Positions 6,786 through 14,174 of a DNA stretch of 64,000 nucleotides are shown one piece after another; the first letter of the stretch is position 1; the number at the start of each line of letters is the position of its first letter. Source of the stretch: Phycisphaerae bacterium. GTDB taxonomy: Bacteria; Planctomycetota; Phycisphaerae; SM23-33. The notes below the pieces were generated by a model, which saw only the letters and a program-made list of their open reading frames with translations, made no database searches and was not told the origin of the DNA. Both the position numbers and the translations under genes were made by a program. The stretch covers positions 2,965 through 66,964 of the forward strand of contig JAWLCQ010000006.1 in NCBI GenBank assembly GCA_041687095.1. The letters are read 5' to 3'.

Positions 6786-9509
6786 GTGGATTCATTTACC
6801 CTGGACAAGGTTGAGTTCGACGAGGTTCGAAGGATCCTCTCGGGGTTCTGCTCCTGTTCGCTGGGGCGGCAGCTCGCCCTGCGGATCACCCCATCGCGGA
6901 ACCCGGAGATCATTCGCCGGTGGCTGGACCAAACGACGCAGATGGTCCGCGCCCTCCGCGATACGGGCCTCCCCCCCCTCGCCGGGGCCGCCGACGTCGG
7001 CGGGGCCCTCCACCGCACCACCCCGGGAGGCGGGGCCACGGGCGAGGATTTCGCCGCCGTCGCCTCCACCCTCGAAGCCGCCGAGAACGTCCGCGGGTTC
7101 CTCGTGAAGCTCCCCGAGGACCTCACCCTCCTCCTGGAGTTCACCGAGGGCCTCCCCGACTTCGCCCGCGAGATCGAGGCCATCCGGCGCGTCGTCGGCC
7201 CCGACGGGGCCATCCTCGACGACGCCTCCCCCCGCCTCTTCCAGACCCGCCGCGAGATCGAAACCGTCACCCAGCGCATCCACGACGTCATGTACAGCTA
7301 CGCTCGCCGCCCCGAGGTCGGAAAGCTGCTGCAGAACCCCACCGTCACGCTGCACGGGGACCGGTTCGTCCTGCCCGTCAAGTCCGAGAACCGCGGCCGC
7401 CTCCCGGGCGTCGTCCACCGCGCCTCCAACACCGGGGCCACCGTCTTCGTCGAGCCCGAGGCCTCCGTCGAACTCAACAACCGCCTCAACGACCTCTACG
7501 GGGACGAGCGGCTGGAGATCCAGCGGCTGCTGAGCGAGCTGGCCCTGCGCGTCCACGCCCGCTCCGAGGACATCGCCAAGGCCCTGCGCACGCTCGCCCA
7601 GGTGGACATGCTGTCGGCCAAGGCGCAGTACGCCTACCAGTTCGACATGACCTGCCCCGAGGTCCACGAGCACGGCCCGCTGCAGTTTGACGACGCGCGG
7701 CACCCGCTGCTGGTGGACCAGGTCTGGCGGCAGGAGAAGCAGGGCGTGCCTCCCGACAAGCGCCACACCGTCGTCCCCATCAGCGTGCGGCTGGGGCAGG
7801 ACTTCGACCTGCTCGTCATCACGGGGTCCAACACGGGCGGCAAGACGGTGGCGCTGAAGACGGTGGCGCTGCTGGTGCTGATGGCGCAGGCGGGGATGCA
7901 CATCCCCGTCCGCCGGGGCGCCCGCATGCCCACGTTCGGGGACGTGCTGATCGACATCGGCGACGAGCAGTCGCTCGAGCAGTCCCTCAGCACGTTCGGC
8001 GGTCACATCAAGCGGATCCGCTACATTCTCCAGAAGGCCGACAAGGCCTCCCTCGTCCTGCTCGACGAGCTGGGCAGCGGGACGGACCCCGACGAGGGCG
8101 GGGCGATCGGGCAGGCGGTGCTCGACGAACTCCGCCAGACCGGCTGCGTGGGGATGATCACCACGCACCTGAGCATCCTGAAGGCCTACGCCTTCAACCA
8201 TGAGCGGGTGGACAACGCGTCGGTGGAGTTCGACACCGTCACGCTCTCTCCCACGTACCACCTGCGGCTCGGAACCCCGGGCGAATCGCACGCCATCACC
8301 GTCGCGCAGAAGCTGGGCATGCCCAAACGGATCATGTCCATGGCGAGGCGGCACCTGAGCGAGCAGGGCAAGCAGTTCGCCAAGGCGATCCAGGCGACGA
8401 CGCAGGCCCGCGAATCGGCCGAGGTCGCCCGCCGCGACGCCCGCGACGCCCAACTCGCCGCCACCACCGAACAGGAGGCCTACCAGGCCAAGCTCGCCGA
8501 CGTCCAGCGCCTCCAGGAGGAGTTCGAGCACTGGCTCGCCACGCTGCCCGAACTCACCGAGGGCGACGAGGTCTTCGTCCCCTCGCTCCAGAAGGCCGGG
8601 CGACTCATCCGACTCGAACTCCACCGCCAGGTCGCCCTCGTCGCCGCCGACGCCGTCCAGGTCGAGGTCCCCCTCCGCGACCTCATGCCCGACCTCGGCC
8701 AGCAGGAGGTCCGCCGCCAGATCGCCGACCTCCGCCGCCAGATCACCGAGCAGTCCCGCCAGGCCCAGACCGCCCGCGTGGAGGCCCAACGCCTCCAGCA
8801 GGAGTTCCACCAGTCCATCGAGCGGCAGAAGGCGCAGGCGAAGCAGTTCGACCGCTGGCTGGGCCACATCGGGCGGGTAAAGGTCGGCGACGAGGTCCCC
8901 ATCGCCGTCAAGCCCGGGCACGGGATCGTCGTCGAACTCGACTTCAAGGCCCTCACCGCCGTCGTCCGCACCGGGGACGGGAAGGACGAGAAGCTCTCCA
9001 TCCAGGACCTGTTCCCCCAGACGGGCCCCTTCGCCCACATCCCGCGCGAGGCGCACGAGGGCGCCCAGCGGGGGCACGGAAAGGGCAAGGGGCGGCCCGG
9101 GGCTCCGCACCACGGGCGGACTCCCGAGCAGGCCCATCGCGGGGAGCACGCCCCCCAAGGCGAGCATGGACCGAAGGGCGAACACGCCCCGCATCAAGGC
9201 AAAGGCCGGCACGCCCCGGGCGAAGGCACGGGTGGGCACGGTCCGCGGGAGGACAAGCAGAAGGACCGCCCCGTCCCCCACCGCCATCCCAACAGCCGCT
9301 CCGCCCGCGAGAACCGCGACGCCCTCCTCGCCCTGCAGCCGGGCCAGCCCGTCTTCGTCGTCCCCTTCAACCAGCAGGCGACCCTCATCCGCTTCGCCGA
9401 CGACAAGTCCCAGGCGACGGTGCAGGCGGGCATCTTCGAGATGCGCGTCTCCGTGGCGGACCTGGAACTCGTCAAGGACACGGCCGGCCAGGCCGGTCAG
9501 GCGAAGTAG
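6786..9509 (+). CDS. mutS2: Endonuclease MutS2 (MutS domains III-V with ABC ATPase), lacking a recognisable Smr domain
   Basis: The N-terminus 'FTLDKVEFDEVRRIL' matches MutS2. It has Walker A 'ITGSNTGGKTVALKT' and 'LVLLDELGSGTDPDEG'. The likely start is the GTG at 6786 (AGAGAG upstream). Long coiled-coil region, then a His/Gly/Lys low-complexity tract and two KOW-like modules instead of Smr. The antisense ORF 6792-9839 is spurious. Confidence 0.85.
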   Translation: MDSFTLDKVEFDEVRRILSGFCSCSLGRQLALRITPSRNPEIIRRWLDQTTQMVRALRDTGLPPLAGAADVGGALHRTTPGGGATGEDFAAVASTLEAAENVRGFLVKLPEDLTLLLEFTEGLPDFAREIEAIRRVVGPDGAILDDASPRLFQTRREIETVTQRIHDVMYSYARRPEVGKLLQNPTVTLHGDRFVLPVKSENRGRLPGVVHRASNTGATVFVEPEASVELNNRLNDLYGDERLEIQRLLSELALRVHARSEDIAKALRTLAQVDMLSAKAQYAYQFDMTCPEVHEHGPLQFDDARHPLLVDQVWRQEKQGVPPDKRHTVVPISVRLGQDFDLLVITGSNTGGKTVALKTVALLVLMAQAGMHIPVRRGARMPTFGDVLIDIGDEQSLEQSLSTFGGHIKRIRYILQKADKASLVLLDELGSGTDPDEGGAIGQAVLDELRQTGCVGMITTHLSILKAYAFNHERVDNASVEFDTVTLSPTYHLRLGTPGESHAITVAQKLGMPKRIMSMARRHLSEQGKQFAKAIQATTQARESAEVARRDARDAQLAATTEQEAYQAKLADVQRLQEEFEHWLATLPELTEGDEVFVPSLQKAGRLIRLELHRQVALVAADAVQVEVPLRDLMPDLGQQEVRRQIADLRRQITEQSRQAQTARVEAQRLQQEFHQSIERQKAQAKQFDRWLGHIGRVKVGDEVPIAVKPGHGIVVELDFKALTAVVRTGDGKDEKLSIQDLFPQTGPFAHIPREAHEGAQRGHGKGKGRPGAPHHGRTPEQAHRGEHAPQGEHGPKGEHAPHQGKGRHAPGEGTGGHGPREDKQKDRPVPHRHPNSRSARENRDALLALQPGQPVFVVPFNQQATLIRFADDKSQATVQAGIFEMRVSVADLELVKDTAGQAGQAK

Positions 9510-9593
9510 CCCACGCAAAGGCCCAGAGACGCAAAGGGAAGAAGACACGCGGAGAAATGGGACTGCGCAGATGGGGAAGGACGGGAGGCTGTA

Positions 9594-9665
9594 CGGCATG
9601 GTCGCTTCAGCGATCCATGCTCCTGTGGTCCCCCGCACATGGATCGCTGAAGCGACCATGCCGGC
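9594..9665. repeat. Perfect 25-bp inverted repeat (GGCATGGTCGCTTCAGCGATCCATG ... CATGGATCGCTGAAGCGACCATGCC) with a ~20-nt loop, 85 bp downstream of the mutS2 stop
   Basis: Both arms are read directly and match perfectly. No T-tract follows. It could be a Rho-independent-like structure, a REP-like element or a protein-binding palindrome. Confidence 0.6.
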
Positions 9666-9967
9666 GCGCGGACTTGAGATCTGTGTGATCCCTTTCCCGC
9701 TGTGCTGCTTCTTCCCTTTGCGCCTCAGCACCTCTGCGTGAGCCCCGCCCCCGGCGCAAAGCGAAACCGGTGCGGACGTTTCCATCCGCACCGGCCCTGC
9801 TCCTCGGTTCGATCCATGGCAAAGGGGCAATGCGTACACGTTCTTTATCGGCGGAATGCTCGCGCGCCTTTGCGTAGCGGCGGAGGAAATCTACTCCGTT
9901 CGCGGCGGACTTCGACAGGCTCAGGACCAGCCCTTCGACAAGCTCAGGACCAGGCCGCCGCCGCGAA

Positions 9968-10288
9968 GGGGGCGCTCCAACGACGCTGCCGCGGAGGCCC
10001 CCCTCGCCCCTCCGGGACGCCGGGGGTCAGGAGACCCCCGGCGCAGGAGGTGGTGCGCGTGCGACGCCTCAAGCGCGTGCCGCCGCAAGCGCGTGCCGCC
10101 TCCAGCGCGTGCGTTGGGGGTCTCCTGACCCCCAACGTCCTGGAAGGACTACGAGCGCTTCCGCGATAGCGTTATGGCGGCGCTTCGATCGCGGCGATCC
10201 CCGCCGCGATGGGGGCGCTCCAACGACGCTGCCGCGGAGGCCCCCCTCGCCCCTCCAGGACGCCGGGGGTCAGGAGGCCCCCGGCGCA
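9968..10288. repeat. Two copies of a 79-bp direct repeat (9968-10046 and 10210-10288) within a hairpin-rich noncoding region spanning 9766-10440
   Basis: The copies differ at 2 positions. The associated tracts AGCGCGTGCCGCC x3 (10067-10112) and their reverse complement (10366-10425) sit in inverted orientation. Hairpins lie at 9766-9792 (10-bp stem), 10030-10047 and 10120-10145. A GCTCAGGACCAG tandem lies at 9917-9960. ORFs here are artefacts. Confidence 0.6.
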
Positions 10289-10471
10289 GACGCGCGGGAC
10301 GGGCCAGAGGACCCGCGACGCAGGCGCGTGCGAGATGTGCAGAATAATGAGGCCAGGAGACTCCCAACGCACGCGCTGGAGGCGGCACGCGCTTGGGGCG
10401 GTATGCGTTTGGGGCGGCACGCGCGCGTGAGGCGGCGAGGGTCGGCGGCGGGGACGTTGCGCTGGACGCCC

Positions 10472-11863
10472 CTACGTCTTCACGGAGTCGAACATGACCA
10501 CCGAGATCGGGCCGAAGATGAGGATGGGGCTCCAGGCGGCGAGGGCGGGGGGCAGGCCCATCTGGCGGCAGATGTAGATGAACACGTAGAACGTCCCGAC
10601 GATCAGCAGCGTCAGCGTGGCCGAGGCCTTGATGTTCCGCTCGCGGGAGAGGATGAAGGGCAGGCCCAGCAGGAGCATGATGAGGTTGTTGATCGGTTCG
10701 GTGAAGCGGATGTGCCTCGCCAGCAGCGTGGCGTTGCGGTCCAGGCAGCGCCCGCTCTCCAGGACGCTGTTGATCTCCGAGACCGACATGTACTCCAGCC
10801 AGCTTCCCGATTCCCAGAGGACGATGTCCTGCACCGTCAGGTCCGACGCGTAGAAGAGCTGCCCGTTCTCGAGCTGCCAGTGGCCCGCGTCGCGCGGGCG
10901 CTGGGGGTCGGGGACCCAGGTGGCGCGGTCGGCGTAGAACGTGCCCAGGGGCTGGCCGTCGGGGGCGAAGAACGCGAAGAGCGGCCGTTCGAGCGTCCCC
11001 GTGCGGGGCCTCCCCTGGAACTCCGGGTCGTAGGGGTCGGGCTGGAAGAGTTCGGCCTGCAGGCGGAGGCTGTAGACCTCGTCGACCTCGTCGACGCGGA
11101 TGGGGACGCTGCCGGTCTCGCCCTGCTGGGCGCGGCGGAGGAGGGAACGGGGATCGAGCGTACAGTGGATGCGGGAGGTGTCGGGCACCTGGGGCCAGGG
11201 CGGCATGCCCGCTCCGGTGCGGACCAGGGCGGCGTCGTACAACCACCACCCGCGCTGGCGCCCGAGCTTGCCCGGGCGGGCCTCGCGGCCGTGGAGGCGC
11301 GCCACCATGTCCCAGCCCTCGTCGCGGAGCACGACGATGGGGTGCTCGACCACCCCTTCGGCGGGGCGGAGGATCTTGCCCTGCCAGACCGCGTTGGTCG
11401 CATCGACCATGGGGCGGAAGGCGTAGTGGAGGGTGTCGTACTTGTACGAGTCGCGGCTGCGGACGAGTTTCTGCTTCACGCGGGGGATGACGAACTCGCG
11501 GTCGGCGACGATGAGCCCCCCCATGCCCAGCGAGCACAGCACGATGGGGACGATGACGCGGCGGAGGGAGATCCCCGACGCCAGGATCGCCGTCAGTTCG
11601 TTCGTGCGGTTCATCACCGCCAGCGCGAACGCCGCCGCCGCCACCGTCAGCACGCCCCCCAGTTCCGTGAAGTAGACGAGCGACTGGTAGCCGTAGTACG
11701 TCGCGATCCACTGCACCAGCTCGGGCAGCGGGACGGGATGCTCGGCGAATTCGTCCATGTTGACGAACAGGTCGGTCATCACCCGCAGCAGCATGAACAC
11801 GATGAACCACAGGGCCCACGAGGTCAGGAAGTTGCGGAGAATGTAGCGGTCGAGCGTTTTCAT
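10472..11863 (-). CDS. LPS export ABC transporter permease, LptF/LptG (YjgP/YjgQ) family
   Basis: The N-terminus 'MKTLDRYILRNFLTSWALWFIVFMLL' is the family hallmark. It has multi-TM topology with a periplasmic insert. Antisense ORFs 10109-11968 and 10149-11819 are spurious. Confidence 0.85.
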   Translation of the reverse strand: MKTLDRYILRNFLTSWALWFIVFMLLRVMTDLFVNMDEFAEHPVPLPELVQWIATYYGYQSLVYFTELGGVLTVAAAAFALAVMNRTNELTAILASGISLRRVIVPIVLCSLGMGGLIVADREFVIPRVKQKLVRSRDSYKYDTLHYAFRPMVDATNAVWQGKILRPAEGVVEHPIVVLRDEGWDMVARLHGREARPGKLGRQRGWWLYDAALVRTGAGMPPWPQVPDTSRIHCTLDPRSLLRRAQQGETGSVPIRVDEVDEVYSLRLQAELFQPDPYDPEFQGRPRTGTLERPLFAFFAPDGQPLGTFYADRATWVPDPQRPRDAGHWQLENGQLFYASDLTVQDIVLWESGSWLEYMSVSEINSVLESGRCLDRNATLLARHIRFTEPINNLIMLLLGLPFILSRERNIKASATLTLLIVGTFYVFIYICRQMGLPPALAAWSPILIFGPISVVMFDSVKT

Positions 11864-11877
11864 CGGCCGGCGGTTCC

Positions 11878-13539
11878 CTACTTTCGCAGGAGGAACAGGT
11901 GTATGTACGCGTTGCCCACCACCAGCAGGCCGATGCCCGCCCAGATGCAGGCGAGGCCCGCCTCGTAGGACACGTCGGGGTTGCCCATCATCTGCTGGCC
12001 CATCAGGACCATGACGACGACGATGGTGGCCGGGACCACGCTGAGGGCGAACGCCGAGAGCACCTGCCCCCCGCGGAACACCATCCCCAGCGCCGCCCCC
12101 ATCACCACCAGCAGCAGGCAGCTCACCCCGTACGCCACCCGCCCGTGCATCTCCCCGAGGATGCGGCCCTTGAGCTTTCGCAGGTCGTGCCGCACCAAGC
12201 GGTCAATCGCCCCCAGGACGACCGGGTCGCTCGTGTACGCGGTGCGGTTCGTGCACAGGTCGCCCAGGCTGATCCGCGACACCGCCTGCGAGACGCTGTC
12301 CGGCAGGGTCAGGTTGCCGATCTTCAGCACCTCCCGCTCCGTCCACGCCCCCCCCTCCTGGGCCCCCTCGCCGTCGGGGCCGGGCAGGACCATGATGCGG
12401 GCGTTCCCCATGAACTCCACCGACACCACGAACGACCGCGTCAGCTCCCAGTATTCGCAGCGGACGTGGGCGGTGTCGCCCTCGTAGAGGATCGTGCGCC
12501 CGGGCTCGGAGACGACGGCGAGGACGGGCTTGCGCTGCCCGTCCGCACCGGCGCCCGCGTGCAGGACGCCCTCCCCGCCCGCGACCTCCGCCGATGCCGC
12601 CGACAGATCCAGCCGCTTGCCCTCCCCGCCCAGCTTGCGGTAGGGCTCCCCGGCGGCGATGGCGGCGGCGACCTCCTGCGCGAGCATCCTGCCGCCGATC
12701 CCGCGGCGGATGTCGGCGACGTGCCGCTGGATGTCGCGATTGCGCATGGGGTTCTCGAACGTATCGAACAGCCGCGGCCAACTGTACCACGCCGGGTCCT
12801 CGCGGATCGGGTTGGGCAGGAGCAGTTCGCGGGGGAAGGGCTGCTTCTGCCCGCGGGCGACGGTGGAGCTTCCGGTGCGGCCCCCGACGGGGTCGTCCAG
12901 GTGCACCGACACGTACGTCTCGTCGTCGACGGTGCGGAAGTAGATCTGGGCGCGTTTGGCGGTTCCGAAGCGGACGTCGGCCCAGTCCTTGACGTTGGCG
13001 GCGACGACGCCTTCGAGGACGTTCGCGTCGGAATCCGCGCGGGAGGCGTGGATGATGATCTCGCCCCGCGACACGTAGCCCTCGGAGCGGAGCTTGTGGA
13101 AGAGGGCGGCTTTGACGTTGGCCTTGATGGCGCGGGCGGCGTTCTCGGCGAGGGAGGGCGTGACGAGGTTCGACAGCAGCAGCGACCCGGCCGTGATCAC
13201 CAGGCCCAGCACGATGGCGGGCTTGAGCAGCGTCCGCATCGAGATCCCGCTCGCCCGGCAGGCCATGAGTTCGTTGTCCTGGCTGAACCGCCCGTAGACG
13301 ATCGTCGTCGCGAACAGGGCCGCGATCGGGAGCGTCAGCGAGAGCATGACCGGGAGCGTGTACACGATCAGGGTCCCCACCTGCTCGGCGATGAGGCCCT
13401 GCTTGCGCAGGGGTTCGATGATGGCGAAGACCGTCATCACCAGCGTGAAGGCGACGAGGGCCATCACCGTCACCCTCGCCAGGTCGCGCCCGAGGTATGT
13501 ATGCAGCGTTCGTAGCAAACGGCGTCTCTCTTTCGCGAC
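11878..13539 (-). CDS. LPS export permease LptG/LptF family, second member of the pair, with a large periplasmic insertion
   Basis: It has 'LLRTLHTYLGRDLARVTVMALVAFTLVMTVFAIIEP' and a C-terminal TM bundle. It lies 15 bp upstream of the partner gene. The ORF extends to 13605, but the conserved N-terminus suggests a GTG start near 13539. Confidence 0.75.
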   Translation of the reverse strand, partial: VAKERRRLLRTLHTYLGRDLARVTVMALVAFTLVMTVFAIIEPLRKQGLIAEQVGTLIVYTLPVMLSLTLPIAALFATTIVYGRFSQDNELMACRASGISMRTLLKPAIVLGLVITAGSLLLSNLVTPSLAENAARAIKANVKAALFHKLRSEGYVSRGEIIIHASRADSDANVLEGVVAANVKDWADVRFGTAKRAQIYFRTVDDETYVSVHLDDPVGGRTGSSTVARGQKQPFPRELLLPNPIREDPAWYSWPRLFDTFENPMRNRDIQRHVADIRRGIGGRMLAQEVAAAIAAGEPYRKLGGEGKRLDLSAASAEVAGGEGVLHAGAGADGQRKPVLAVVSEPGRTILYEGDTAHVRCEYWELTRSFVVSVEFMGNARIMVLPGPDGEGAQEGGAWTEREVLKIGNLTLPDSVSQAVSRISLGDLCTNRTAYTSDPVVLGAIDRLVRHDLRKLKGRILGEMHGRVAYGVSCLLLVVMGAALGMVFRGGQVLSAFALSVVPATIVVVMVLMGQQMMGNPDVSYEAGLACIWAGIGLLVVGNAYIHLFLLRK

Positions 13540-13641
13540 GCGCCCCGCGCCGCAGGCGCAACGCGCCCGGGGACCACTGTAGCGATTCGAGCCCGCCAAG
13601 TCCACGCTGTCGGAGAACTCCGCAGCGCCATCCCGAAGTCG

Positions 13642-13729
13642 CAGTCGCGGGTGCCACGGCTGCGCCGTTCACAGCCGTGCTCGTACGAGCGTGGGACGGA
13701 GCACCGGTTCTGCCAGCCTGTGGCACCCG
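13642..13729. repeat. MITE-like repeat family B (~80 bp) with a 10-bp TIR CGGGTGCCAC / GTGGCACCCG; second copy at 58738-58795
   Basis: 50 of 52 bp are identical to 58738-58790 (AGTCGCGGGTGCCACGGCTGCGCYGTTCACAGCCGTGCTCGYACGAGCG), with extended similarity after that. The TIR is present in this copy only. Confidence 0.5.
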
Positions 13730-14174
13730 GCGAACCGGATTGGGCGATGGCCCTGGAGAACTCAGGCGAGGACGCTGAACCCGCCGGGACGCGGGAAGCG
13801 GGAGTCGCAGCGGTTGGCGGCATAGCGGCCGGCGGCGACGGGACCGGCAGAGCAAGGGGCGTGAGGGACGCGGCGCGGCCGGACGTGCACCGTGCGCCGC
13901 GGGGACTCCGCCGCCCCGGAGGGGGCCGCGGCGGCATTCCTCGCCTCGTACCGCCCCTCGGGGAGCGGTGCGGGCGCGTCCTGCACACTCGCGCGGACAA
14001 GCCATTTGGGCTCGGGCGGCGGGTTGGGTGACATCGGTTCCGGCCTCGACTGGCCTCGGGGGCCAAACGTGTTTCAGACCGGTCTCCGTACCGTCAGGGC
14101 CTCCAAGAGCCCTCTCTCCTCCTGAAATTCCACTCTACCCCACAACCCGAAAACCGTCAAGGTGGGAAACGGCA

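Noticed and set aside
9795-9830. tRNA-like T-loop sequence GGTTCGATCC at 9806-9815
   Set aside because: The flanking bases do not form a T-stem, and no acceptor or anticodon arm can be drawn. The adjacent 10-bp-stem hairpin at 9766-9792 explains the local structure.
9968-10288. Possible CRISPR array in the 9.9-10.4 kb repeat region
   Set aside because: Only two copies of a 79-bp repeat are present, separated by 242 bp. The other repeats are tandem or inverted without regular repeat-spacer periodicity, and there are no cas genes in the window.
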